Positions 1-9,903 of a stretch of 37,781 nt of DNA are shown here, one piece after another. A model generated the notes under the pieces. It saw nothing but the letters and a program-made list of their open reading frames with translations. It was not told the origin of the DNA and did not search any database. This DNA is from Desulfitobacteriaceae bacterium (GTDB lineage: Bacteria > Bacillota > Desulfitobacteriia > Desulfitobacteriales > Desulfitobacteriaceae). The stretch spans positions 1 to 37,781 of the forward strand of contig DATMXV010000303.1 of NCBI GenBank assembly GCA_035561335.1. Reading direction: 5' to 3'. Position 1 is the stretch's first letter. Each line of letters starts with the position of its first letter. The position numbers and the translations under genes are program-made.

Positions 1-1
1 G

Positions 2-94
2 GTTATATATGAAGATGAAAACGGAAATAAAACAAATATTCCGATCTTGGGTATAACGCCAACTACAAATAAATTAACTGGTACGGGCAAGTAA
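2..94 (+). CDS. 3' end of an unidentified CDS entering from the left edge (...ILGITPTTNKLTGTGK*)
   Basis: The frame is open from the window edge to TAA at 92-94. It is too short to assign a family. Confidence 0.25.
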   Translation, partial: VIYEDENGNKTNIPILGITPTTNKLTGTGK

Positions 95-113
95 TATTGA
101 TTCAATATTTAAG

Positions 114-159
114 AAGAGCGTTAAATGAAAGTTACCATATACTTTCATTTAACGCTCTT
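114..159. repeat. Perfect 19-bp inverted repeat with an 8-nt loop; hairpin or possible terminator without a U-tract
   Basis: AAGAGCGTTAAATGAAAGT (114-132) is the exact reverse complement of 141-159. A second palindrome, AATATTGA-T-TCAATATT, lies at 93-109. No T-run follows on either strand. Confidence 0.7.
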
Positions 160-161
160 AA

Positions 162-1189
162 TTCATAGAATACACCGGCTGGGTAGATATAACAACCGCT
201 GCGACACCCATATATGCTGGTCCATGCACAAGCTATGCTTCAATCGGCAGCGTTGCTGCTAATGAAGGGGTTACTGTATTTTCAGGTTCAGAAAATTCAT
301 TCTACCAGATCGAGTATACAACTGCAGCAGGCCCCAAACGCGGATTTATTACCGACAGTTACTTGAATAATTATAGTTTGGGCGGGCTGGCTATTGTTAA
401 CGGAACGGTAAAAAATGTCCATTATACCGATGCCCTATCAGGTCAATACGGAGCAGTTGGTGCAGGAGAATATGTTGTTATCTTAGAGAAAAATGACAGC
501 ACCCAAAAATGTTATATAGAATATAACACCTCATCCGCGAGGAAACGGGGCTATACGAATACTGATAATTATATTTTCAAAAATATGCAAAACGTTGGAA
601 CCATTCCGAGTGTTGGCCAAGATTTTTGTCAGGCCGAGACGACAGATATATCCGTCTATGCTGGTCCCAGCGATCAATATGACAGGGTCGGAGGTATAAG
701 TCAATATGAACCTGTGACAAGAATACGGGCAAACGTACAAGGTTATTCCTTTATACAATTTACCGGATTAGGCAATACCAAACGCGGTTACGTTCTTCCT
801 GGTGATTTGGAGCCTTATGAAGTTGTCATTCCCGATTTCACCTATCCAAATGTAACCAAGGACGTATACGCCTATAGTGGACAGAATCGGCCTTTGGAAT
901 ATTATCAAATTGGTACCGGAAACAAACACCTGATCCTTAACTTTGCTATTCATGGTTTTGAAGATCAATACGACCATGACGGAGATTTTATCCTAGCCGT
1001 AAATGTAACTATTACTTATTTTTAACTGGTGGTTCATATTATCACGGTGAAGGTCTTACAACCCGCATACCGATCGCAGGAGATGCTCAAGGGAAAAAAG
1101 AAGAAGTGTTTTTTTACGGAGCCTGGAGATCACCTGCCGATTATGTAAAAGAGGTTGATCGAATACTATCCTCTAAAGTTTCAAAATAA
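162..1189 (+). pseudogene. Degraded cell-wall peptidase gene: three SH3b-like repeats plus a fragmentary M14/AstE-like peptidase module
   Basis: The frame opens at 162 directly after a stop. It has no ATG, GTG or TTG before 363, although SH3b-like sequence (IYAGP...FYQIEYTTAAGPKRGFI) already starts near 200. The peptidase-like start (GTGNKHLILNFAIHGFED) stops at 1025. A protein-like C-terminal piece (GGSYYHGEGL...DYVKEVDRILSSKVSK*) continues in another frame from 1025 to 1189. Confidence 0.55.
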
Positions 1190-1190
1190 T

Positions 1191-1227
1191 AAAAAAGATG
1201 ACTTCTGTTAAAAGAGTCATCTTTTTT
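1191..1227. terminator. Bidirectional rho-independent terminator
   Basis: The stem is AAAAGATGACT / AGTCATCTTTT, with an A-run on the left and a T-run on the right. It sits between the convergent pseudogene (+) and the 1217-1411 ORF (-). Confidence 0.7.
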
Positions 1228-1411
1228 CAATGCGCCCGGTGTGGGTCATATCCTGGAGTTCCCAGTACCCTGGAATGGAATTGAGGTCATACTTTTTTAC
1301 TTCTTCTGCAATTTTTAAAATTATCTCTTGCCGTAAGTCTTCCCTTTCATTAGCAACAGTTTGAAAAAGGGATTTATTTATTTTTCCTTTGAAAAAACAA
1401 ATAATCTTCAT
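1217..1411 (-). CDS. Small hypothetical protein (64 aa), possibly a remnant resembling sigma-70 region 2
   Basis: The ORF is in the supplied track. EDLRQEIILKIAEEVKKYD loosely resembles the sigma-factor region 2 pattern. The RBS is poor and the ORF is isolated next to a pseudogene. Confidence 0.3.
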   Translation of the reverse strand: MKIICFFKGKINKSLFQTVANEREDLRQEIILKIAEEVKKYDLNSIPGYWELQDMTHTGRIEKR

Positions 1412-1532
1412 TAATGCTTCATCACTTCCTAACTGTGCTTTTCACGGCGGTGGTTATTAATAATGTCAAGGTTATGCTGCGAAAACGTATAATTAAGTAC
1501 CCAAATCCCCAATCATTTATCAGACCTTTCTT

Positions 1533-1561
1533 TTGCGTAAAACCGGAGAGGGCCTTATAAT
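1533..1561 (+). promoter_or_regulatory. SigA-type promoter upstream of priA
   Basis: TTGCGT (1533-1538), a 17-nt spacer, then TATAAT (1556-1561). Confidence 0.5.
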
Positions 1562-1605
1562 ATTATAATACATATATTTATGAATAACAGGTGGGAGGCG
1601 TCATC

Positions 1606-3921
1606 GTGTTATATGCTGAGGTTCTTGTGGATGTAACAAACCGGCGTCTGGATCAAAGTTATCATTATTTATTACCGGCAGGCATAAATTGCAGGGTTGG
1701 GATGAGAGTTCTTATACCCTTGCAGTACCGCTTGGTCCAGGGCTTAATAATAAATATTACTGATGAGCTTCCGCCGGAATTGACTGCTGAAAAATTACGC
1801 TCAATCATTAAGACCATAGGGAAAGAAATAACTGTTCCGGAAGATTTAATTTTATTGGCCCGCTGGCTGGCTGAGACCACAATTTGTCCGCTGGCGCAAA
1901 GTTTGCATACTGTCTGGCCGTTGTTAAAAGGAAAAGTTGAAGAGTGGGTTGTTCCCTTGTTTACATCTTCGGATGAAGATTTTAAAACCCTTAAGTTGTT
2001 GGACCAGGAAACATTTAAAGCCCTGGCGGTGCTGCAACGTTCCCGGCGAAAGGCTTTACCTCTGGCAATTTACTTAAAGCGGGCCCAATTGTCAAAATCT
2101 GTTCTGGAACAACTGGAAAAGCAGGGCTGGTTGAAAAGGGAATTCCGTTTTGCCTCCCACTGGAATCCGGCGGAGGTTTCAAAGTCCGGCGCCCCGGCGG
2201 CAGTGGAGGCCTTTGCCGCCGGATTCAATATAGAATCAGATATAGAGCCGGAAGGCCGTCAGGTATTGACCAGGCAATTAACCCCGGAACAGGAGTCTGC
2301 GGTTGCCGGAATAGTTGCCGCCCTGCAAGATGCTTCTGAACAAAAAACTTCAAAGACCCTATTGCTGCATGGGGTTACAGGAAGCGGAAAAACAGAGGTA
2401 TATTTACGGGTAATCAACAAATTGCTGGCCGACGGCGGGGATGTAATCCTGCTGGTACCGGAGATTTCGCTTACTCCTCAAATTGCGGATTATTTTCAGG
2501 CCCAGTTTGATTCCCGGGTCGCCGTCCTGCATTCCGGCTTAAAAGCCTCTGAAAAGGCCAGGGTTTGGGAAGATATTATTGCCGGGAAAAAACGTCTTGT
2601 CATCGGGGCCCGTTCGGCGGTCTTTGCTCCTTTAGCGAATTTAAAGCTGATTATCCTGGATGAGGAGCATGACAATGCTTATAAACAAAGCGAAAATCCT
2701 AAATATCATACCCGGGATGTCGCCAGAAAACGGATGGAACAGCGCAATGGTGTTGTTTTGCTGGCCAGTGCCACTCCCTCCCTGGAGGCCTATGCGGCAG
2801 CTCAAACCGGTAAAGTAAAGCTGATTACTATAAAGAAGCGGGTTGCCGGCAGTAGCCTGCCTGCGGTGGAAATCATCGATATGCGGCAGGAGTTAATGCA
2901 AGGCAACAGAAGTATATTCTCTTTTAGTTTACAAGCTAAACTAAAGGAGAGGGTATTAAAAGGTGAACAGAGCATGCTTTTTCTCAACCGCCGCGGGTAT
3001 TCTACTTTTGTTGTTTGCCGGGAGTGCGGTTACAGCACACGCTGTCCCAATTGTGATGTTTCCTTAACCTTTCATAGTGTCGGCAATAAAATGTGCTGTC
3101 ATTATTGTAATCATGAAGAGGAACCACCGCATCGCTGTCCCCAGTGCGGCAGCCGTTATATCCGTTTTTTCGGTCAGGGGACCCAACGTGTGGAAGAAGA
3201 CCTGCAAAGCCTGCTTCCGGATATCAGGATAATCCGACTCGACTGGGATACTACCCGCTCTCAGGAAGCCCATCGTATGATCCTGGAAAGTTTTAAAAGG
3301 CAGGAAGCCCAGGTCCTGGTAGGAACCCAGATGATGGCCAAAGGCCTGGATTTTCCCAATGTGACATTGGTAGGGGTCATAGCTGCTGATCAGGCTTTAA
3401 ATATGCCTGATTTCCGGGCCCGGGAAAGGACATTTCAGTTATTGGCCCAGGTATCCGGCCGGGCGGGCCGCAGTAACAAAGCGGGTGAAGTTGTTATTCA
3501 AACTTATTCTCCGACAGATTGGGCGATTGCCAGGGCGGCGGCCCATGATTATCCCGGATTTTTCTGGGAAGAGATTCATTACCGGCAAAAATTAAATTAC
3601 CCTCCTTTTACCCATGTAATCAGGGTATTACTGTTACATGAAGTTGAGGAAAGGGTGATTAAAGCGGCGCATGAGTTAGCGGCGTTCCTCCGGCAAAGAA
3701 TGACAAGCCCAGAATATGGGAATACTGGAATCGATATCATGGGCCCTGCACCCGCCATATTTCTCAGATTAAAAAATCAATTTCGCTGGCAAGTAGCGGT
3801 CAAAGCAAAAAGATTGGATATTTTAAGAGCGCTTCTCCACTCAGGGGTCAAACAATTCTCTGATTCTCCAGCCAGTAACGGGATCAGTCTTAATATAGAG
3901 GTTGATCCGCTGTCCAATTGA
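1606..3921 (+). CDS. priA: Primosomal replication-restart helicase PriA
   Basis: Contains Walker A GSGKTEVY, a DEEH box and paired Cys4 zinc fingers (CRECGY..CPNCD; CHYCN..CPQCG). The RBS GGGAGG at 1593-1598 favours GTG 1606 over the track start at 1591. Confidence 0.95.
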   Translation: MLYAEVLVDVTNRRLDQSYHYLLPAGINCRVGMRVLIPLQYRLVQGLIINITDELPPELTAEKLRSIIKTIGKEITVPEDLILLARWLAETTICPLAQSLHTVWPLLKGKVEEWVVPLFTSSDEDFKTLKLLDQETFKALAVLQRSRRKALPLAIYLKRAQLSKSVLEQLEKQGWLKREFRFASHWNPAEVSKSGAPAAVEAFAAGFNIESDIEPEGRQVLTRQLTPEQESAVAGIVAALQDASEQKTSKTLLLHGVTGSGKTEVYLRVINKLLADGGDVILLVPEISLTPQIADYFQAQFDSRVAVLHSGLKASEKARVWEDIIAGKKRLVIGARSAVFAPLANLKLIILDEEHDNAYKQSENPKYHTRDVARKRMEQRNGVVLLASATPSLEAYAAAQTGKVKLITIKKRVAGSSLPAVEIIDMRQELMQGNRSIFSFSLQAKLKERVLKGEQSMLFLNRRGYSTFVVCRECGYSTRCPNCDVSLTFHSVGNKMCCHYCNHEEEPPHRCPQCGSRYIRFFGQGTQRVEEDLQSLLPDIRIIRLDWDTTRSQEAHRMILESFKRQEAQVLVGTQMMAKGLDFPNVTLVGVIAADQALNMPDFRARERTFQLLAQVSGRAGRSNKAGEVVIQTYSPTDWAIARAAAHDYPGFFWEEIHYRQKLNYPPFTHVIRVLLLHEVEERVIKAAHELAAFLRQRMTSPEYGNTGIDIMGPAPAIFLRLKNQFRWQVAVKAKRLDILRALLHSGVKQFSDSPASNGISLNIEVDPLSN

Positions 3922-4011
3922 AAATATAATGTTAAAATAATTGTAATAACAAAATAATCTATAATTAAGGGATAAGCTAATAATCAGGTCTATGAGAGGA
4001 AGAAAAAGAAA

Positions 4012-4464
4012 ATGGCAGTGTATCAAATAGTTAAAATAGGTTCCCCTGTCTTAAGGGAAAAGGCCAGTGAAGTAAAACAAATCTCACCTACGATTGAGAA
4101 ATTATTAAATAATCTGGCGGATACTTTGTATGCCGCAGAAGGCCTGGGCTTGGCGGCGCCTCAAATAGGCGTTTCTAAACGGGTGGTGGTGATTGATATC
4201 GGGGATGGTCTGTTGGAATTAATTAATCCCGTAATTTTAGAAAAACATGGTAACAAGGTAGCTTCTGAAGGATGTCTGAGTATCCCGGGAACTACCGGGG
4301 AAGTTGCCAGGGCTACCAAGGTTAGGGTCCAGGCTTTGAACCGGCAGGGAGAAATGCTGGATATTGAAGGTGAAGGATTATTGGCGCGTGCTTTGCAGCA
4401 TGAAATTGACCATTTGGACGGGGTTTTATTTGTGGACATTGCCAGTAAAACCCGTGCCCAATGA
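4012..4464 (+). CDS. def: Peptide deformylase
   Basis: Contains the GLAAPQIG, EGCLS and HEIDH motifs. Confidence 0.95.
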   Translation: MAVYQIVKIGSPVLREKASEVKQISPTIEKLLNNLADTLYAAEGLGLAAPQIGVSKRVVVIDIGDGLLELINPVILEKHGNKVASEGCLSIPGTTGEVARATKVRVQALNRQGEMLDIEGEGLLARALQHEIDHLDGVLFVDIASKTRAQ

Positions 4465-4519
4465 TCTTTCTGAATAAATCAAGCGGGTAAAAGGAAAAAA
4501 GCTGTTAGGAGGGGGAAAA

Positions 4520-5491
4520 ATGCGGATTGTTTTTATGGGAACTCCGGATTTTTCAGTTCCTTCATTAAAAAAACTGTTTGATGAAGGATATGAGATTCCG
4601 GCGGTATTTACTCAGCCGGACCGGCCTGCCGGCCGGGGAAAGCAGCCAAAACAAAGTCCTGTTAAAGTTGCGGCCCAAGAACTTGGCTTGACTGTCCGGC
4701 AGCCTGAGAAGATAAACACACCGGAAATTATCGGGTTATTAAAAAGCTTACAGCCGGATCTGATAGTAGTTGTTGCCTATGGGAAGAAGCTTCCCGGCGA
4801 GATCTTACGGATCCCGGAGAAGGGCTGCCTGAATGTCCATGCTTCTTTACTTCCGGCCTATCGGGGGGCGGCCCCTATTCATTGGGCAATAATAAACGGG
4901 GAAACTCAAACCGGTGTGACAACAATGCTTATGGATGAGGGTCTGGATACCGGTGATATTTTGCTCAAGAAAACTTATCCGATTTCCCGGGATGCGACAA
5001 CCGGGGAAGTGCATGACGCCCTGGCTGAAATAGGAGGAGAACTGCTTATCCAAACTCTTGAAGCCTGGGGCCGGGGCGAGTTGAAAGCTGTTGCGCAAGC
5101 AGGGGAAAGCAGTTATGCCCCGCTTTTGAAAAGGGAGCATGAATGGCTTGACTGGTCACGTAACGCTGCTGCGCTTCATAACCAGATCCGGGGTTTAAAT
5201 CCTTGGCCTGGTGCTGTTACAATGTATAAAGGCGAAAATTTAAAGGTTTGGCAAAGCTCGCTCGGATCCCAATCTTTAGCCGGGGACAAGATAAGTCCGG
5301 AAGATTTGCCGGAAAGTTCTGTCCGGGAGTTTGGCAAAGTCCTGCAAATAGTTGAAGAGGGAATTATTGTCGGAACGGGCAAAGGGGAAATCCTGCTGAA
5401 ACAAGTCCAGCCGGCAGGTAAGCGCATAATGCCGGCCCGTGACTTCTTCTTGGGAAGACATGGACAAATTGGGGAAATCCTCGGCGCCTGA
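4520..5491 (+). CDS. fmt: Methionyl-tRNA formyltransferase
   Basis: The N-terminus MRIVFMGTPDFSVPSL and the HASLLPAYRGAAPI motif match the family. The def-fmt pairing is conserved. Confidence 0.95.
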   Translation: MRIVFMGTPDFSVPSLKKLFDEGYEIPAVFTQPDRPAGRGKQPKQSPVKVAAQELGLTVRQPEKINTPEIIGLLKSLQPDLIVVVAYGKKLPGEILRIPEKGCLNVHASLLPAYRGAAPIHWAIINGETQTGVTTMLMDEGLDTGDILLKKTYPISRDATTGEVHDALAEIGGELLIQTLEAWGRGELKAVAQAGESSYAPLLKREHEWLDWSRNAAALHNQIRGLNPWPGAVTMYKGENLKVWQSSLGSQSLAGDKISPEDLPESSVREFGKVLQIVEEGIIVGTGKGEILLKQVQPAGKRIMPARDFFLGRHGQIGEILGA

Positions 5492-5515
5492 GCGAACATA
5501 GGGGAGGGAGAAATT

Positions 5516-6214
5516 ATGTACTTTGGTTTTGGCTGGGACCGAACAATGATTCTGTTGATCCCGGCAATCCTGTTATCGATATATTCCCAGATCAAGATTT
5601 CTGCGGCCTTCCGGCGCTATTCCCGGGTCCCTTCCCGTAAGGGCCTGAACGGGGCCCATATTGCCCGGATGATCCTGCAAAGCCAAGGGCTCTATGATGT
5701 CCGGATCGAACCTGTACGGGGCAGGTTATCTGATCATTATGATCCGAGAACAAGGGTTGTGCGTTTGAGTGAGGATATATATTCCGGAACTTCCCTGGCG
5801 GCGGTTGCCGTTGCCGCCCATGAGACCGGACATGCCTTACAGCATGCCGGGGGCTATTTTCCCCTGCAATTGCGTTCTACCTTTGTGCCGGTAGCCAGTT
5901 TCGGCAGCGGTTTGGGGCCGATTTTGATTCTTGTGGGATTCTTTCTGCCGGCTTTTAATTTCTTGCTGCAGCTGGGAATTATAGCTTTTTCCTTTGCCGT
6001 ACTCTTTCAGCTGATAACCTTGCCGGTTGAGTTTAATGCCAGCAGCAGGGCAATGACGCTTTTGCTGGACAGAGGAATGTTGGACAAAGATGAGGCCCAC
6101 GGCGCCCGTTCAATGCTGAATGCCGCAGCCCTGACTTATGTCGCCGCCGCTTTAGCTGCTGTCCTGGAATTGGCTCGGTTTATTCTTATTGCTCAAGGGA
6201 GAAGTGATGACTAA
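5516..6214 (+). CDS. Membrane zinc metallopeptidase (YugP / Zn_peptidase_2-like)
   Basis: Has an N-terminal TM segment, an HETGH zinc motif and C-terminal TM segments. Confidence 0.8.
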   Translation: MYFGFGWDRTMILLIPAILLSIYSQIKISAAFRRYSRVPSRKGLNGAHIARMILQSQGLYDVRIEPVRGRLSDHYDPRTRVVRLSEDIYSGTSLAAVAVAAHETGHALQHAGGYFPLQLRSTFVPVASFGSGLGPILILVGFFLPAFNFLLQLGIIAFSFAVLFQLITLPVEFNASSRAMTLLLDRGMLDKDEAHGARSMLNAAALTYVAAALAAVLELARFILIAQGRSDD

Positions 6215-7568
6215 GGAAAATGCCCGCTGGCAGGCGGCGCAGATCTTGCTGCGCGTTTACCGGCAAGGATCCTATGCCAATCTTGTCCTGCAAAATTCTT
6301 TACAGCATACCGGGGACCCCCGGGACCGCCAATTAATTACAATACTGGTCAACGGTGTGCTTAAAAACCGGGAAACCCTGGATTTTGCCCTGCGCTTGCA
6401 TTTGCGGAAGCCGTTATCAGCTTTGCCGGTCCCGGTGCGGGAGATTTTAAGGGTCACGGCCTACCAGATTCTCTGCCTTGACAGGATCCCGGCTGCTGTG
6501 GCGATAAATGAAGGGGTGGAACTGACCAAAAAAGAGGATTTTAAATTCGCGGGATTGGTGAACGGTGTTTTACGCCAGGTAATGCTTCGGGGCTGGGACC
6601 TGCCTTGGCCGGATAAAGAAAAGCAGCCTGTCCGCTATCTGACTGTACGTTATTCCCATCCTGAGTGGATGGTGAGGCGCTGGTGGAAGCGCTGGGGCTT
6701 CAGCGAAACGGAAAAACTTTGCCGTTTAAACAATGAGCCGTCCCCAACCTGGATTCGTACCAATACCCTGAAGATTTCCCGGGAAGAACTGTGCAGAATC
6801 CTCCAGGCTGAAGGAGTGAAAGCGGAGCTGGGGGCCAGGGCGCCAGAAAGTTTGCTGATTCAGGAATTCGGGGCCCTGGAACGGCTGGAGAGTTATCAGG
6901 CCGGCTATTTTACGGTTCAGGACGAGAGCTCGCAGCTGGCTGCCCATGTCCTGCAGCCGGTTCCAGGGCAAACTGTTCTGGATGCCTGCAGTGCGCCGGG
7001 GGGCAAGGCGACGCATATCGCCCAGTTAATGGGTAACAGGGGTGAAATCCTGGCTTTTGATATCTATCCCCACAAGCTGGAGTTGGTAAGGCAACTGGCT
7101 GAACGTTTGGGTATAGGAATTATCCGCCCGGTTTTGGGAGATGCCCGTGAATTGTCCGGAGTAAAACCCCGGTCAAGGCAGAAGGTATTAGTGGACGCGC
7201 CTTGTTCGGGTTTAGGAATCATCAGGCGAAAAGCGGATTTGCGTTGGCAGAAGAAGGAGACTGATATTCAGGCCCTGGCAAAACTTCAGCTTCAGATTCT
7301 GGAGCAGGCGGCAAAGTGTGTGGCGGTGGGCGGCGAATTATTATACTCGACTTGTACGATTGAACCGGAGGAAAACTTTGAGGTGGCTAAAACTTTTAGG
7401 CTTAATCACCCGGAGTTTGAAGTCTTAAATATTGCGGAGACTATACCTTTCATGCAGCTTGAAGAACAGGATATTAAGCCTGCCCGGAAAGGGATGCTGC
7501 AACTGCTTACCCAAAGGCACGGATCTGATGGGTTTTTTCTGGCAAAATTCCGTTGCCGGAAAGTTTAG
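6207..7568 (+). CDS. rsmB: 16S rRNA (cytosine-C5) methyltransferase RsmB
   Basis: Has a NusB-like N-terminus plus DACSAPGGKT and PCSGLG motifs. ATG 6207 follows the RBS AAGGGAGAAG and overlaps the upstream stop. The track start at 6189 is probably too early. Confidence 0.9.
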   Translation: MTKENARWQAAQILLRVYRQGSYANLVLQNSLQHTGDPRDRQLITILVNGVLKNRETLDFALRLHLRKPLSALPVPVREILRVTAYQILCLDRIPAAVAINEGVELTKKEDFKFAGLVNGVLRQVMLRGWDLPWPDKEKQPVRYLTVRYSHPEWMVRRWWKRWGFSETEKLCRLNNEPSPTWIRTNTLKISREELCRILQAEGVKAELGARAPESLLIQEFGALERLESYQAGYFTVQDESSQLAAHVLQPVPGQTVLDACSAPGGKATHIAQLMGNRGEILAFDIYPHKLELVRQLAERLGIGIIRPVLGDARELSGVKPRSRQKVLVDAPCSGLGIIRRKADLRWQKKETDIQALAKLQLQILEQAAKCVAVGGELLYSTCTIEPEENFEVAKTFRLNHPEFEVLNIAETIPFMQLEEQDIKPARKGMLQLLTQRHGSDGFFLAKFRCRKV

Positions 7569-7592
7569 CTGGAATGAATTGGGTGAATACTA

Positions 7593-8675
7593 ATGGAAAG
7601 ATTGGAATTGCGCGGGCGCCTGGAGCAAGAGCTTGCTGAAGTATGTCAGGAACTTGGCCTGAAACGTTTCCGCTCCCAACAACTGTTTCGCTGGGTACAG
7701 CAAACTGCTGTCCGGGCTTGGGAGGAAATGCATAATATTCCGGAGTCTGAACGCCAACAATTGCAGACGCGGCTGCAATTGTCTCCTTTGGAATTATTAA
7801 ATGAGCAGCATGCCCAGGATGGGACACGTAAATACTTGTTTGGTTTAGGGGACGGCGAAAGTGTAGAATGCGTTCTGATGAATTATGAACGGGACTTTGC
7901 CCGTGACCGGCTTACAGTTTGTGTTTCTACCCAGGTTGGCTGTGCGGTCGGCTGTGTTTTTTGCGCCACCGGCTTGGGAGGTTTCCGCAGGAATTTAAGT
8001 GTGGGAGAGATAGTTGGTCAGGTTTTGGAAATCAGCCGCTTGCTTGCCCGGGAAGATCCTTTGCTGAGAGTTACCAATGTTGTTTTTATGGGTATGGGAG
8101 AGCCTTTATTTAATTATGAAGCGGTGCTTAAAAGCCTGGAAATCCTGAATCAGGAGACAGGCCGGAATATCGGCATGCGCCGGATGACAATTTCGACAAG
8201 CGGGGTAGCGCCCAAAATCAGACAATTAGGGCGGGATAATCCTCAAGTAGGCTTGGCGGTTTCCCTTCATTCTGCCCTGGATAGTGTGAGGGATATTTTG
8301 GTGCCCATTAATCGTCGCTATCCTTTAAGAGAACTAATGGATGCCTGCAGCGAATACATTAAATTAACGAACAGGCGCATTACCTTTGAGGTAGCTTTAG
8401 CAGACGGAAATGACAGCCGGGAAAGCGCTGAAGCCCTGGGAAAGCTATTACATGGTTATTTAGCGCATATAAATCTTATACCGGTAAATCCGGTAGCCGG
8501 GACGAAAATGGCCAGGCCAAAAACAGAAAAAATATTTCAGTTTGCCGGGATTTTGGAAAGTTACGCTCTGTCTGTTTCCATTCGGGAGGAACGGGGCACG
8601 GATATCAATGCGGCCTGTGGTCAGCTTCGTGGTCAATGGAAGGTGGATAAGAATGAGTCTTTTAGCTCGCTTTGA
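7593..8675 (+). CDS. rlmN: Radical SAM 23S rRNA/tRNA A2503 methyltransferase RlmN
   Basis: Contains the CAVGCVFCATG radical-SAM motif, and the length is typical of the family. Confidence 0.92.
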   Translation: MERLELRGRLEQELAEVCQELGLKRFRSQQLFRWVQQTAVRAWEEMHNIPESERQQLQTRLQLSPLELLNEQHAQDGTRKYLFGLGDGESVECVLMNYERDFARDRLTVCVSTQVGCAVGCVFCATGLGGFRRNLSVGEIVGQVLEISRLLAREDPLLRVTNVVFMGMGEPLFNYEAVLKSLEILNQETGRNIGMRRMTISTSGVAPKIRQLGRDNPQVGLAVSLHSALDSVRDILVPINRRYPLRELMDACSEYIKLTNRRITFEVALADGNDSRESAEALGKLLHGYLAHINLIPVNPVAGTKMARPKTEKIFQFAGILESYALSVSIREERGTDINAACGQLRGQWKVDKNESFSSL

Positions 8676-9450
8676 AGAGGTTGCCGAACTTCTTTTTACG
8701 GGACCGTTTAAAAGAAAAGTAACCCGTCTTCAGCCGGTGGAAATTGCTAAAGAACTTGTGAAAGAGATGTTACGTCATAAACAGGTTAGTATTTCCCAGG
8801 TTTATGTACCTAATATTTACAGGGTGTACCTTCATCCCAAAGACTGGGGTCCTTTGGCAAGTTTTGGCGAGACGTTTTTGATAGAATTATCCAAGCATTT
8901 ATATGTGGAGGGAGAGCGTAATGGCTACACTTTCTTAAGCAAACCGCTGATTGAACTGCATGCCGATGAAACAGTTAAACAGCACGAAATGTTAATTGAA
9001 GTTGATTTTGATGATTCAATAAATGTTGACTGGGGAGAGATGGAGGATGATCCCCAGGAAGATAATCTTCCGGAAAAAGAATTATGGCGTGACCACACAA
9101 CTATTTTCCAGGACCAGGTCATGACAAACTCAGCGGAAGATAGTTTGCCTAGCAGGAATTTACAATGTATTCTCGAAATTATTCAAGGACCGGATATGGG
9201 GAAAATGATTCTTCTTGATGAAGAGAGCCTTTATATTGGACGCCATGCCCAGTGCGGACTGGTAATTAATGATCCTGAAGTATCCCGCCGGCATATTAAA
9301 ATGACCCAAAGTAAAGAAGGCTGGCTGATCGATGACCTGGGAAGTACCAATGGAACGCTTGTTAATGGTCAAAGGATTTCCCGGCAATTGGTTCTGCCGG
9401 GTGACCGGATCCAAATCGGACAAAGTATTCTGGCGCTTAAACGGGTGTAG
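8653..9450 (+). CDS. FhaA-like protein: DUF3662 N-terminal domain plus C-terminal FHA domain
   Basis: ATG 8653 follows the RBS AAGGTGGA. The N-terminus MSLLARFEE...QPVEIAKEL is DUF3662-like. The C-terminus GRHAQCGLVINDPEVSRRH...GSTNGTLVNG is FHA. The track ORF from 8542 overlaps rlmN and is probably an over-extension. Confidence 0.8.
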   Translation: MSLLARFEEVAELLFTGPFKRKVTRLQPVEIAKELVKEMLRHKQVSISQVYVPNIYRVYLHPKDWGPLASFGETFLIELSKHLYVEGERNGYTFLSKPLIELHADETVKQHEMLIEVDFDDSINVDWGEMEDDPQEDNLPEKELWRDHTTIFQDQVMTNSAEDSLPSRNLQCILEIIQGPDMGKMILLDEESLYIGRHAQCGLVINDPEVSRRHIKMTQSKEGWLIDDLGSTNGTLVNGQRISRQLVLPGDRIQIGQSILALKRV

Positions 9451-9459
9451 GGGGTACTT

Positions 9460-9903
9460 ATGCAGATCCTTTTGGTTATTGGGAGATTTATATTTTTAGG
9501 CTTGATTTATCTCTTGCTTTTTCGTTTATTAACAGCCCTTTTGGCTGATTTAAGAAGCAGGGGGATAATGGTCCGGCCAGGTCAGGAGTATGGCCGCCTG
9601 GAAGTTCTCACAGGAGCAGACCTGTTGCCCAGGGGACGGGTTTTCCGGATTGACGGCAAAGGACTGCGGATTGGTCGCGGCAAAAATAATGATATTGTAT
9701 TGCCGGATCATTTTGCTTCGATAGAACACGCCTTATTTAAGCAGTCTAAAGGAGTAACCATGCTTGAAGATCGGGGAAGTACCAACGGGACTTGGGTGAA
9801 CGGGGAACGGATCCATTCTCCCGTCCAGCTTGTAGCAGGCGACTATATAAAAATCGGAAGTATTACCTTTCAATACTCGAGGTGGGAAAATGAGAGTTCT
9901 TAG
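9460..9903 (+). CDS. Membrane-anchored FHA-domain protein (FhaB/FipA-like)
   Basis: Has an N-terminal TM helix and then FHA signatures (GRGKNNDIVL...SIEHA...GSTNGTWVNG). Confidence 0.8.
   Translation: MQILLVIGRFIFLGLIYLLLFRLLTALLADLRSRGIMVRPGQEYGRLEVLTGADLLPRGRVFRIDGKGLRIGRGKNNDIVLPDHFASIEHALFKQSKGVTMLEDRGSTNGTWVNGERIHSPVQLVAGDYIKIGSITFQYSRWENESS

Noticed and set aside
7919-8113. Same-strand alternative-frame ORFs inside rlmN (7919-8113) and across the FtsW/PBP junction (11782-11988).
   Set aside because: They are out-of-frame overlaps within strongly supported CDSs, with Cys/Arg-rich nonsense composition.
8542-8652. Upstream extensions of track ORFs: 8542 for the FhaA-like gene, 18655 for recG, 18261 for rpmB, 25288 for yceD, 33386 for rnc and 6189 for rsmB.
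   Set aside because: These extensions overlap the preceding genes and lack an RBS. Internal starts with Shine-Dalgarno sequences and family-typical N-termini are better choices.
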